Part shown: in pieces, positions 33,734-45,893 of the stretch
Position numbering within the stretch: position 1 is the stretch's first letter
Layout of the letters: each line of letters begins with the position of its first letter
NCBI GenBank assembly: GCA_963797555.1
Contig: CAWCPV010000009.1
Coordinates: forward strand, 32,001-96,000
Length of the DNA: 64,000 nucleotides
DNA from: an uncultured Gammaproteobacteria bacterium
Lineage (GTDB): Bacteria; Pseudomonadota; Gammaproteobacteria; CAWCPV01
Direction of reading: 5' to 3'
Made by a program: the position numbers and the translations under genes
Notes under the pieces: generated by a model
The model's input: the letters and a program-made list of their open reading frames with translations, nothing else
Databases searched by the model: none
Told to the model about the DNA's origin: nothing

Positions 33734-35620
33734 ATGTGCGGAATCTGCGGAAAACTAAATTTCGATCGGCAAGAGCCTGTTGATAATGGGCTCCTCGGCA
33801 TAATGATGGACCTCATTCAACATCGAGGGCCGGACGGAAGCGGGAAATTCCTATCCGGTCCTGTCGGCCTTGGGCACCGCCGGTTGAGCATCATCGATCT
33901 CAACACCGGCGGGCAACCCATGTCCAATGAAGACGGTACGGTGTGGGTAGTTTACAACGGTGAGATCTACAATTTTCACGAACTCCGGACCAAGCTTGAA
34001 GAACGCGGCCACCGGTTCAAGTCCACAACGGACACCGAGGTCATTGTCCATTTATATGAGGAAATGGGCGATCAATGCGTGACTCGGCTTCGGGGCATGT
34101 TTGCCTTTGCCCTATGGGATGAGCGCCAACAGCGACTCCTTCTGGCCCGCGACCGTGTCGGCGTCAAACCACTTTACTATACCAATACCGGGAAGGCCTT
34201 ATTTTTGCATCTGAACTGAAGTCACTGCTCGCCGATCCGGACCGTCGAGCGGCGGGTTAATCCGCGCGCGGTAGACCGGTTTCTCACTTACTATTATTTG
34301 CCGGGCAACGAAACGATGTTCGAGGGTATCTATAAATTGGACCCTGGCCACTATCTTACTGTGAAGATGGACAGATCTCCGTACACCAATATTGGGATCT
34401 GCGCTTCGATGCACCGTCGCGCATTCAAAGCTTTCATGAGGCGGTCGAGACACTGCGAGAATTGCTCTCCCGGGCAGTCAAGGACCACATGATCAGCGAC
34501 GTGCCGGTAGGGGTGTTGCTAAGCGGCGGTGTGGATTCTACCGGCGTGCTGCGCCATGCGGTGCAGCAGACGGATAAGCCTATTCATACGTTTACCATAG
34601 GTTTCAGCGGAGCGAGTTTCGAAGATGAGCGACCTTACGCTAGGTTAGTGTCGGAAAAGTTCGGGACCGTTCACCATGAAATCTCAATGCATGCCAATGA
34701 CTTTCGCGAATTTTTGCCCAAGTATGTCTGGCACATGGAGGACCCGTCTGCGAACCTCCTGCAGTCGCTTTGTATTTCGTATCGCAGTTGGCGCGGCAAT
34801 CTTCGATCAAGGTGCTTTTGTCGGGGGAAGGAGGAGATGAAGCCTTCGGCGGCTATCAAACTACCGCAATATTCTCATGCTTGAAAGTTTAAAGTTGGTG
34901 TTCGGGCCGGCGAAAGGGCTTCTGCGCTTAGGATTTCAGGCTCTGGAGCTGGCGGGCTGGAGAGCGATCGGCACAGTACGCGAGCCTGACCGATCCACCG
35001 CTTTCAGAATACTATCTAAGCCGCACAGCAACACCGTACACGCCTTTAACCAACTGAAGTCGAGTCTTTATAACAAACAGTTCGCGGCGACCCTCCATGG
35101 TCAGGCATCGGACATACCCACACGCAGGTTGTTCGAGCGGATCGAAGACCAATCGCTGCTCAACCGGATGCTGTACGTGGACACGAAGACTTGGCTTCCG
35201 GACGACCTGCTAGTCAAGGCTGATAAAATGACTATGGCGACATCCGTTGAGTTGCGGGTGCCATTGCTCGATTTCCACGTGCTGGAGTTTGCGGCGTCGC
35301 TTCCGCAGCGCTACAAGGTAAGAGGTTGGCAGCTGAAGCGGGTGCTGAAGGCAGCCTTGGGTCAGTCTGTTCCCCCGGAGATTATCGGACGGAGAAAGAC
35401 GGGCTTCCCGGTCCCCTATGATGTGTGGATGCGCAAGGAGATGAAGGACTTCGTCTTTGATACGGTCTTGGCGAAGAACGCAGCGGCAGAAGCCTATTTC
35501 TGCAGACGGACGGTTTCTAAGTTGCTCGCGGCCCACCAGAAAAGCGGCCGGTACGCAAAGGAGGTGTTCTGCTTGCTCGTGTTTGAGCTTTGGCACCGCC
35601 GATTTCTTGGAACACCGTGA
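33734..35620 (+). CDS. asnB: asparagine synthase (glutamine-hydrolysing)-like amidotransferase (multiple frameshifts)
   Basis: MCGICG, HRGPDG, LGHRRLSIIDL, LSGGVDS, LLVKADKMTMATSVELRVPLLD. Confidence 0.88.
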
Positions 35621-35638
35621 TCCATGTGAGTCCGAATA

Positions 35639-36970
35639 ATGGGCGCAAGCAGCGTTCTTGTTACCCTAGCCACTAGCGTACTGCTTGCCGTTTTACCGAG
35701 GCGCTACGCCGCGCTTCCGTTATTGCTCGGCGCAACGTATGTCGCGGGTGACGCGGTGCTGGAACTTGGACCGGCACATTTCACTGTATTGAGGATTCTG
35801 GTCGCGGTTGGGTTTCTTCGGGTGCTGATTAGAGGCGAACGGCCCAGCAATGGGACAAGTTCTGTAGACCGAAGGCTAATGCTGTGGTCGGCCGTTTTGC
35901 TCGGGAGCAGCGTCGCTCACACGTCGCAGGCCTGGGTATTCCGGATGGGAATGATTTGGGGCGGCGTGGGCTCCTACTTTCTGTTTCGGTGTTTTCTTCA
36001 AGATTGGGAAGACGTTAGACGTGTCTTCAAAATCCTGTGTCTCCTGTTGGTTCCGGTCGCGATGCTAATGCTTCTGGAGAAATTTCTCGAACAGAATTTC
36101 TTTACGGCCTTGGGGCAGACCGGCGCAGTTATCCTACGCGACGGCCACGTTCGCGCGCGCGGGCCGTTTGTGCACCCCATCTTAGCGGGCACAGTTGGAG
36201 CCACGTGTTTGCCGATGGCGCTATATTTGTGGAAGAGCCACCGCAAGTATGCAGCGCTGGGGCTATTAGCGACGACGGGGATAATCTTTGCGTCCACTTC
36301 GAGCGGCCCTGTCATGATGGCTCTCTTTACGCTTGTCGGCCTGGCCCTTTGGAAGGCGCGTGGAAGTCTTCGCGCGATCCGTTGGCTGGCGGTGATGGCA
36401 CTTATCGCCTTAAGCATGGTGATGAAAGACCCCGTGTACTTTCTAATGGCGCGGATCGACATAACCGGGGGCAGTACGGGCTGGTTTCGTGCGCGGCTCA
36501 TCCAGTCGTCCATCGAGCATTTGGATGAGTGGTGGCTGGCAGGTACGGATTACACGCGGCATTGGATGGCGACGGGTATATACGCAAACGCTGCGCAGAC
36601 GGATATCACGAATCACCTGCTGGCCATGGGCGTGATGGGTGGGCTGCCGCTGATGTGCCTCTTTATCGTCGTCTTGGCTGCCGCGTTCCGCATCGTTGGA
36701 CGGGCGTTGCGGGAGAATGAAGGTGCATCGCAAGAACAACAGTTTCTCATCTGGACGTTAGGGGCGATCTTGTTCGGGCAGGTGGCAAACTTTTTCTCGA
36801 TCTCTCTGTTTGATGATCAGTCCGTCATGTTTTTCTACTTGGTTCTCGCCGCCATCGGAGCCGTTCAGGGCGTAGAGCCCGCCCAGCGGTCTGCTGCCGT
36901 CCCCAGCGCACTTTGCGAATCGCGGCCGCTGAGTGTCCGCGCTCAACGCCTTCCGGGTTACTCACGCTAG
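35639..36970 (+). CDS. Wzy polymerase / O-antigen ligase-like membrane protein
   Basis: about ten hydrophobic segments, RARGPFVHPILAG, DITNH; position among glycosyltransferases. Confidence 0.75.
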   Translation: MGASSVLVTLATSVLLAVLPRRYAALPLLLGATYVAGDAVLELGPAHFTVLRILVAVGFLRVLIRGERPSNGTSSVDRRLMLWSAVLLGSSVAHTSQAWVFRMGMIWGGVGSYFLFRCFLQDWEDVRRVFKILCLLLVPVAMLMLLEKFLEQNFFTALGQTGAVILRDGHVRARGPFVHPILAGTVGATCLPMALYLWKSHRKYAALGLLATTGIIFASTSSGPVMMALFTLVGLALWKARGSLRAIRWLAVMALIALSMVMKDPVYFLMARIDITGGSTGWFRARLIQSSIEHLDEWWLAGTDYTRHWMATGIYANAAQTDITNHLLAMGVMGGLPLMCLFIVVLAAAFRIVGRALRENEGASQEQQFLIWTLGAILFGQVANFFSISLFDDQSVMFFYLVLAAIGAVQGVEPAQRSAAVPSALCESRPLSVRAQRLPGYSR

Positions 36971-36971
36971 T

Positions 36972-37914
36972 ATGAAAACCATTTCTGTGATCATCGTTAG
37001 TTGGAACACGCGTAACCATCTAAGAAATTGCCTCAATTCGATCCACGAGACGGATAACGAGTCGGTGGAGGAAATCATTGTTGTGGATAACTGCTCCACG
37101 GACGGGTCGGCGGAAATGGTGGAGAGGGAATTTCCCGAAGTGATGTTGATTCGTGCCGGCGAGAATCTCGGGTTTGCTCGCGCAAACAATCTCGCCATGA
37201 AACTGGCACGAGGATCTATGTTCGCGCTGGTGAATTCCGACGTGATCGTGCACACTGGTTGTCTGGCAACACTGGCCAGATTTCTCGACGAACATGGTGA
37301 GGCCGGGTTGGTTGGGCCACGAGTGATCGGCGCGGACGGTAATCTACAGCGGACGTGCCGTCGTTTACCGAATGTTTGGAATACGGTGTGTAGAATACTG
37401 GCTTTAGACCGCATTTGTCCGAACTGGTCGGTGTTTTCGGGGTTCGAAATGCCATATGTGGCTCACGAACGGTGCATGGAGGTGGAAGTATTGAGCGGTT
37501 GTTTCTGGCTAGCGAGGAGACAAGCCGTGGAAGAGATCGGCGGGTTGGATGAGCGGTTTTTTTTTCTATGGGGAAGATATTGACTGGTGCAGACGGTTGC
37601 GCGGTCGAGGGTGGAAGGTAATGTTCGTTCCCAAATCCAGGGCGACACATTTGGGAGGTGCCAGCACGGCAAACGCGCCGCTGCGTTATAGCATTGAAAT
37701 AGTACGCGCGACGTTGAGGTATTGGCGGAAACACCATGGAATTCGGGGGCAGGTTATCTGCTACTTGTGCATGGTGGCGCATCATACAGTGCGCTTTGCC
37801 TTACGGCTTGTGAGCCGGAGCCTGGGGTTTGGGGGGTCGATTGAAAGCAGACATAAACTTCAGGAGGACATTGTATGCTTGCGATGGTTGTTGACAGGAG
37901 GCGGGGTTTCATGA
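36972..37914 (+). CDS. glycosyltransferase family 2 (frameshift in T-run near 37560)
   Basis: SVIIVSWN, VVDNCSTDGS, NLGFARANN, GGLDERFF(F)YGEDIDWC. Confidence 0.88.
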
Positions 37915-37974
37915 CGGCTCGCTCTGGAGTTGGCCCGTTCAGTGGGAGATAGGGGATTCGGGAGGGGTGTTACC

Positions 37975-39572
37975 ATGCCGCCGGTTTGTCATATATACGT
38001 CCCCAACGGCTTTCAAGCTTCAGGAAGAATGGAAGTGTTGTCCGTTTTGGAGGAGCTGGTGCGAGTAAAGTTTATTTGTTGGGATCCCCGTGGTCCGGAG
38101 GCGGGGATCCAAGGGGAAGGTTTGCGGTTGGGAACAAAGGATATGGTTGTTGAGTGCGAAGGTCGAGGGTCGCTTGAGATTCCGGTAGGGATCGGCTCCA
38201 ACGAGGGAGCCCGCAGCAGTGCGGTCGCCGTGAAGTTTGCTGACGACAGGGACGTACCGATTCCGTTTCGAGGCCGCGAGGTGATGACAACCGTGGCGGG
38301 AGACTGGCCGTTTCTTTCAGTCGGAAAGAAGCAGAAGGTTCTCGCCGCTGTTCAACAGAAGGCGATCTGGACAGTGCGCGAAGGCGATGTGGTAAAGCGG
38401 TTTAGATCATCTTTACCACTTCCTCAGATGTCGGAAGACACAAATTTTAAGGACGTGTTTAATGGGGAAAGGTGGTTGGATATGCTGCCGTTGTTGTATT
38501 TGCTTCGCGAAGTTGGTGGGGCCGACGGCTATTTAAGTCCCCCGTTGCGCGCTGCGTATATCATCGATGATCCAAATCTGCATTGGCCGCGGTATGGCTT
38601 CATCGATTATCGAGAAATCGCGGCTCACGCGGAACGGGAGAACTACCATGTTTCTTTTGCCATGATTCCTTTCGATACGTGGTTCACACATGGAAGAACC
38701 GCGGATCTATTCCGTCGTAATGCTCGGTTGCTTTCCTTAGTGGTTCATGGCAACAACCACGGAAAGGAGGAGTTGGTACGAAATGCGTCCCCTTCAGCGC
38801 GAAAGGCTCTGCTTCAACAGGCAGTTTGGCGTATCGAGCGGCTGGAACGGAAGACGAACCTGCGCGTTTGCCGAGTGATGGTGCCGCCACACGGGGCTTG
38901 TTCGGTGGAAATGTTGTCGGAGCTTCCCAGGTGGGGGTTTGAGGGGGCTTGCATTTCGGCAGGGTCGTTGCGCGCGTATAACCGTGACAGCTCGTGGACA
39001 AAAACGTGGGGTTTTTTCCGTCGGAGGTCATCGAAGCTTGCCCCGTGTTGCCGCGAGCGGCCTTGATTGGGAATGTCGAGACCTCATTGCTCGTGGCGGC
39101 TTATCTGGGGCAGCCGCTGATTCTTAGGGCGCATCATCGCGATGTGATGCACGGGGTGGAGATTTTCGATGAAGTTGCGGGATTCATCAATGGATTGGGG
39201 AGTGTCGTGTGGTCGAACCTGACTGGCCTTAGTCGGCTGAATTATCTATGGCGGATGGAGGCGGCGACCTGTTGCGTCAAGCCGCTAGGAAGAAAGATCG
39301 TCTTTCAAGTGCCAAGCGCCGCAAATGAAGTATTTATCGAAGGTTGTGACGCAATGGACGGTGGTTTGTGGGAAACGTCCGCGAGCGACGGTACTGTGCG
39401 GAGAATAGTACCAGGCGAGAAGTTTTCTGTATCCGGGGGCGATGAGATCATGCTCGAGCGCGTAGCTTCGCAGGAGGTTGAGCGAGCCCGAGTAAAGCCG
39501 AAGGGCACGAACGCCGGGCTCATTCTGCGGCGCTTGCTTACCGAGGCACGAGATCGTTTATGCATTTCTTAA
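37975..39572 (+). CDS. hypothetical protein with polysaccharide-deacetylase-like motifs (frameshift near 39005)
   Basis: IIDDPNLH, VHGNNH, MVPPHG; ORFs 37930-39066 and 38994-39572. Confidence 0.6.
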
Positions 39573-39851
39573 CGTTTTCGCCTGATCTGGCGGTGGCGTC
39601 CCGAGGCCACGGCGTGGTGGACCGGTTCGCGGACGCAAAACTGATAACGCGCCTCTCAGCAGCGGAGAAGACTTCCAACAGAACCATCCGTTCCTATATC
39701 CGGGGTGTACAATGATCACCTGCGCCGCCCGTCCTTTGGGGGGGCGCCAGGATCTATGCAAGCGAAATGACCAAGAAAGGGGCGGGCGAACACGGCAGTT
39801 CTTCGTTAAACGTTCGTATGGTCGTCCGGGACCGGGCTGGAGAGCGATAAG

Positions 39852-41067
39852 ATGCCTCTGTCTGTTAGAGTGTTAATGCTCGTCGAAAATAATCCCTTCC
39901 CGCTTGATTTCCGTGTGCGCCGGGAGGCAAACACGTTGCGTGATGCCGGGTATCGGGTTGCCGTCATTGCTCCGCGGGGAGCTACTCAGCCATGGATGGA
40001 GAACATTGACGGTATCAGAGTTTATCGTTTCCCCGCTCCGCGACGGGTACAGGTATACTTGGCTATGCGTTGGAATTCGGCTATTCCACGCTGGCTATGC
40101 TGCTGCTAACAGCATGGGTTGCAGCAAAAGAAGGAATTGACGTAATTCATGCGGCAAATCCCCCTGACACGCTCTTTGTCATCGGTGCGATATTCAAGGC
40201 GTTTAGAAAACGGTTTGTATATGACCATCATGACCTCGCCCCGGAGATTTACCTTTCTCGTTTCGGTGCGGCTCGTTCTAAGGTTGTTTATAGAAGTTTG
40301 TGTGTTCTTGAGCGTTGTTCCTACGCTGTGGCGGACGCAGTTGTGGCTACAAATGAGTCGTACAAACGAATAGCTATAACCCGGGGCAAGCAGGATCCTT
40401 CCAAGGTGTTCGTTGTTCGTAACGGTCCCCCGCTTTCTTATCAGCCGCTTAAGCTGAACCCGAAATGGCAAATAGAGCGAGGCATCTCATTGGGTACATT
40501 GGGACGATAGGACCGCAAGACGGCTTACATCACTTGTTAGGCGCCATACACGAGATGGTCTATAGTCTGGGGCGACGTGATTTTCTCGTTGTCATTATAG
40601 GAGACGGGGATGCCTTACCGGGTGTCCGAGCCTTAGCCAAGGATTTGGAAATTGAGTCTTACGTTTGGTTCACCGGTCGGCTAGCTGAACACCAAGCTCG
40701 CAAGTATCTTTCCGCAGTTAGTGTTTGTGTTCAGCCGGATCCATTAAGTCCATTGAACGACAAGTCCACAATGAACAAACTTATGGAATATATGGCGCTG
40801 GGCAAGCCGACGGTGGCCTTCGATTTGGTCGAGACGCGATTTTCGGCTCAGGAAGCAGCGCTTTACGTAACGCCAAATAACGATCGAGAGTTCGCGGAAC
40901 GCATCAGCTGGTTGTTAGATAACCCCGAAGAGTGTAAGAAGATGGGTCGAATTGGCCGCCACCGGGTAGCGGGCGCATTGGCATGGGAATACTCGGTGCC
41001 CGAACTGCTTCGAGCGTATCGCGATGGTTTGGGGCTCCATGCAAACGGTCTCGTTGGTTCGCCGTGA
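39852..41067 (+). CDS. glycosyltransferase family 4 (two frameshifts)
   Basis: MLVENNPFPLDFRVRREA, HAANPPD, YDHHDL, MNKLMEYMALGKP. Confidence 0.88.
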
Positions 41068-41255
41068 AGACAAGGTGTCGCTCTCTGCTGCCGGTGCGCG
41101 TGAACGCATCGGGGTCATCCTCAAGAGGCTTAGCAGGTTGGGCGGCTTCCCGCTGCGTCGACACCTTTATTCGCCGAATCCCGGCACCATATTTTGGACG
41201 TATTGTTGGATAAAGCACGTTAATTTACTGGGATGGATGTTAGGTGATTTCATAG

Positions 41256-42311
41256 GTGACAACTAAATTTGAACATGGACCAGCGATCAGGACTGAACCG
41301 TGCCCCATATGTGCTGTATGTGGCGCGGAAGGTAGCTCGTTATACCGTAGAAAGCGCGATCAACTCTTCGGCGTTGCCGGAGAGTGGAATGTGAAACAAT
41401 GTGCCAACAGGGAATGCCTTCTGGTGTGGCTAGACCCCATGCCGGCAGTGGACGATCTGCAGAAACTGTATGCGGGGTACTACACGCACGTATCGTCGAC
41501 CGGAACGTGACCGCCACAGCGTTCTAAAATCTATTGTTTTGGCGGTAAAGAGAGCAATACCTTGCGATAGGCGTATGTACGATTCAGGCCCGGAGGATCG
41601 GCGTCTCTTTACATTACGCGGTTACTATATATGTTTCCTTCTCGGCGGGACGAAGCGGATGGCAGTGTCCGATTTTTACAAGCCCTACCGCACGGGCGTT
41701 TGCTTGATGTTGGCTGTGGTTCTGCGGATTGGCTTTTATCCATGCGGGAACTTGGTTGGGAGGTGACGGGTGTCGATCTAGATGCACAAGCAGTAAGAGT
41801 CGGCAGGGAACGAGGCTTGACAATTCATTGTGGCACATTAACCGGCCAAAAGTTTGCGAACCATGCTTTTGATGCGGTTACGTTGAACCACGTTATCGAG
41901 CATGTTCCCGATCCGGTAGATACTCTTAGGGAGTGTGCTCGGATTTTGAAGAAGGGCGGAAAACTAGTGTTGTTCACGCCGAACGCGGGAAGCCTTGGGC
42001 ACCGAGTGTTTAAAGAATTTTGGCGGGGATTAAAAACTCCGAGACATCTACATATATTTTCGTTTTCCTCAATGCTTCACGCTTTGGAACAGGCAGGATT
42101 TCGGGAAGTCGCCATCGTGCCGTGGGTAGCTACTTCCGTTATTTATGAGAGTTATCTTCTTCGAAAGAGCATAGGGGGCGCTTTGTTTGGAGGGCGCCGT
42201 CGACGGCTTGGGATTGGTGTCGCGGGACTGTTCGGTGTGATGGAACGCCTGCTTATCAAATGGAAACCTTCCATGGCGGATTGTCTCGCTGTCATAACCG
42301 TAAAGTGGTAG
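41256..42311 (+). CDS. class I SAM-dependent methyltransferase with N-terminal Cys motif (frameshifted)
   Basis: CPICAVC..C..C..LDPMP; LLDVGCGS; HVIEHVPDP; TPN. Confidence 0.82.
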
Positions 42312-42318
42312 TTGTGGG

Positions 42319-43760
42319 GTGCGGCGGATGAGTACTACGAGAATGAGTGGAGGACGTGCTGGCAGGCCGAGGCTACTAGCCGTCATTGCCAGTTACGGTT
42401 TGAAAAATCTCGAGCTGCTGAGGCGGGTCATCGCTGAGTATAAAGGCATGAACATGGATGTGGACGTTGTCGTGGTTTCAAATGAGCCGAAGGAGTTGGA
42501 TGCGGACGTTAGAGTTGTTGTCGGTTTGCCTTCAAGGGATCCATGGTCATTGCCTTTTGCGCACAAGGCAATTTTCGCGAAAAATGTTGATCGGTACGAT
42601 TTATTCGCCTATTCAGAGGACGACATGGAGGTGAGAGAGGCAAATATCCGGGCGTTTCTTCGGGCCACACCGCATTTGGCATTGAATGAAATCGCTGGCT
42701 TCCTTCGGTATGAGGTGGATGAATGCGGGGGGATGTTCTTCCCGGAAGTACACGGAAGTTATTACTGGAAGCCAGAATCGGTGCATCGGCGCGGTGAGTA
42801 CACAATTGCGGAATTCACGAATGAGCATGCGGCGTTCTATTTGATGACGCAGGCTCAGCTAAAAACGGCTATCGCTTCCGGGGGTTTTGTCCGTGGGCCA
42901 TACGCAGGGCGGTACGACATGCTGTGTACAGCTGCTACAGATCCCTATACGCGATGTGGGTTTCGGAAGGTCGTGTGCGTGTCTGCGCTGGAAGACTTTC
43001 TTATTCATCATTTATCCAATCGCTACGCTGGTAAACTTGGGGTTTCGAGGCGGATTTTCAGAGAGCAGATAGAAGCGCTAATGGCCATTGGTAAAGGAAC
43101 CTATCCGGCAAGCAGCCTGTTGGCAGGAGACCACGTTTCGTCGGGGGGGGAATGCTCTAAGAGTTATTATGAGGAGCCAGACGAAGAATTGTTAGCGCTG
43201 GTGCCGCGTGATGCTAAGAGGATTGTTTCGGTTGGGTGTGGGTGGGGAGCGTCGGAGGCTAGATTGAAGGAACGGGGCGCGTATGTGACCGCAGCGCCTA
43301 TGGATTCCATTATCGGAGCAGCGGCTGCGCGTGAGGGAATCGACGTGGTTCATGGGACGTTGGAGGAGTGTTTGGCGAAATGGGATGGCCAGCGGTTCGA
43401 CTGCATTCTTATGACGAATGTGCTGCATCTGGTTCCAAATCCGAGGCAGGTGGTGGAGGCGTGCGCTCGTTTGGTTCGCGTCGGGGATTGTTTGTGGTCG
43501 GCGGTCCCAACTTCGGTTCCATGCGAAGGTGGGGAAAACGCATTCTTGGTAGGAGGGGTGCTCGCCAGTTTCGCGTTTTCTGCGAAGGAGGTATTAACGC
43601 TCTAGGGCCGACCGTGTTGAAGGGATACCTTAATAATTGCGGTATTAACGTTGTAGCGGTGCGTTGGACTGATGGGGCTGGGAAGGGTGCGGTGAAGGGA
43701 AGGTTTGGACGCTGGAGAGGGGGTAATTGGGTTCTGGGCGCGCAGCGCGAAGGGTTGTAA
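42319..43760 (+). CDS. uncharacterised GT-like domain fused to a class I methyltransferase domain (frameshift near 43490)
   Basis: N-terminal YSEDD motif; C-terminal VSVGCGWG, FDCILMTNVLHLVPNP. Confidence 0.65.
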
Positions 43761-43844
43761 GAGCATTTGTTGAACGGAACTCAAGATTTGTTGGGTGAAC
43801 ACGCCGCCCCTCGTCACCTTACGAGGCTGTAACGGAAGGACTCG

Positions 43845-43945
43845 GTCTCCAGCGCATGGTCTAGCGCAGTTGCTGGAGGCCCACGAGCGGGCTTTCGAGC
43901 ACTTCGGGGGTCTGACCCGTGAGCACCTCTACGACCGCCCGGCGC
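43845..43945 (+). mobile_element. IS21-family IstA fragment
   Basis: LLEAHERAFEHFGGLTREHLYDRP. Confidence 0.7.
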
Positions 43946-44100
43946 CTAGGCTACCGCACAACGGAGGAAGCCCGTCAGGCTGTCCGATGAGACGTCGCGG
44001 ATGCGCTGCATTCTCAACCGGAGCTGGGATAGCCTCTTCCGCGGGTAGTCTTGGCCGCCAAGGTTGTAATTACTTACCGAAATGTGGGGGGTCTTGAGCC

Positions 44101-45315
44101 GTGTGTCCGCAAAATGATCGGGTAAGAGTCGTATACAGCTTTCCACACAAGCTAGGAGCAGACAGGATCTGTACTACTGCCTGGTATCAAGTGGATGGCC
44201 TGGCAAAGGCAGGAGCGGAAGTTCTGGTATTCCCGGGTGCTTTGAGCAAACCCATGCCGCGGGGCGCCACTGTTCGCCCAACTCTTGCCAGGGGAAGAAT
44301 ACGCATCCCGTACAAGATTCTGGGCAACATGCGAGCTTTTTCGCTTCACGACTTGATCGTTTCCCGCCGCCTCGAAACGGTTTTCCAGAAAGTCGACATC
44401 GTTCACACTTGGCCACTGGGTGCATTAAGGACATTGAAAACTGCAGCTCGGCTTGGTATTCCCACAGTCCTTGAAAGACCTAATGCGCACACCCGGTTCG
44501 CGTATGACGTGGTTCAGGAGGAATGCAATCGGGTGGGAGTGGTTCTGCCGCGGAATCACGAGCATTCATATAAAGAGGATGTACTTCTTAAGGAAGAAGC
44601 CGAGTACGGGTTGGCAAGCCGGCTGTTGTGCCCGTCCGACTTTGTGGCACGTAGCTTCCTCGAACTCGGTTTCGCCGAGGAAAAGCTCGCACGACATCAA
44701 TATGGCTTCGACGAAAAGGTCTACTATCCCGATCCGAGACCACGTCGGGAAAGAACCGGATTGACCATGTTATTTGTCGGCGGCTGTGCGCCAAGAAAAG
44801 GCCTTCACTATGCTTTGGAAGCATGGCTAAAATCTACAGCGTGCCACAAGGGAAGGTTCATGATCGTTGGTGGATTTGTGCCGGGATATGCTGAAATACT
44901 GTCTTCGATGTTGTCTCATCGGAGTGTCCACGTCTTAGGCCACCGCACCGACGTGCCCCAACTCATGCGGCAGAGCGACATCCTGGTGCTGCCCAGCATT
45001 GAAGAAGGGAGCGCTCTGGTAACTTCGGAGGGGCGGGGCAGCGGATGCGTCTTGCTCGTGTCGGAGGCGGCTGGAGCGATCTGCCAGCATATGGAAAATG
45101 CACTTGTGCATCGTGTCGGGGATGTGCCGACACTCACGCAGCACGTTTCCCTGTTGCACGAGAATCCCATCTTGTTGCAGAAGCTCCGGGCCGCGAGTCT
45201 TCGACACGTGGCGGAAAGTACCTGGAGCGCGGCAGGACTGAAATTGCTGGAAGTTTATCGTGAAACCATTGCCCGCCATGCTGACACAAAATCAAGACCA
45301 CGGGCCAATGGGTAA
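44101..45315 (+). CDS. glycosyltransferase family 4
   Basis: LFVGGCAPRKGLH, LVLPSIEEGSALVTSE. Confidence 0.9.
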   Translation: MCPQNDRVRVVYSFPHKLGADRICTTAWYQVDGLAKAGAEVLVFPGALSKPMPRGATVRPTLARGRIRIPYKILGNMRAFSLHDLIVSRRLETVFQKVDIVHTWPLGALRTLKTAARLGIPTVLERPNAHTRFAYDVVQEECNRVGVVLPRNHEHSYKEDVLLKEEAEYGLASRLLCPSDFVARSFLELGFAEEKLARHQYGFDEKVYYPDPRPRRERTGLTMLFVGGCAPRKGLHYALEAWLKSTACHKGRFMIVGGFVPGYAEILSSMLSHRSVHVLGHRTDVPQLMRQSDILVLPSIEEGSALVTSEGRGSGCVLLVSEAAGAICQHMENALVHRVGDVPTLTQHVSLLHENPILLQKLRAASLRHVAESTWSAAGLKLLEVYRETIARHADTKSRPRANG

Positions 45316-45893
45316 GAAATGATTGCGGCGCCGGGAACGTAGGAGTTCCGATCTCTAGGATCGTCGAAACCGGCGTTGTGGACAAAACGCGCTTTGCCTC
45401 TTGACAAGGTGGTGCTGGGCGCTTGGAGGGGTCGTTCTAGGGCGTATCATCGCGGGTGAAACGGGAGCACGTTGCGAGGGGGGTGCGATGAGCATCGTCA
45501 AGCGGCGCACCCAGCGCAAGCTGCAGCTCACGTAAGATGCCGAGGATCACGAGATCCCGGGGGTCGAACTTACCCTTCTGGAGACTACCGACTGCAAGGT
45601 GCTGGCCGCTCGGCTCATCCCCGGGCTCCAGGGGCAGGCAGAGCTTTGCGCTGCCTGCCCCCGAGCCCGTTCGGCGGCGAGGACATTTCCCGCCCTAAAG
45701 GGGAGGGGGGTAGGGGCGGGGAAAGCACGTCTCCCATTGATACCTGCGCCTGCTCCTTCTTCCAGACGGTTATCAATAGCAACTTAGTTTCTCACCGCCC
45801 TTGTCGCAAAACTCATTGACACGTCGTGAAAGTGGGAAATGCTAACCGACTGAATATTCCCTAACAGGTCAGACGGGAACCACAGAATCGGGC

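Noticed and set aside
45487-45725. Small interrupted ORF (MSIVKRRTQRKLQLT*) and REP-like purine-rich stem
   Set aside because: Cannot assign a family; too short to support.
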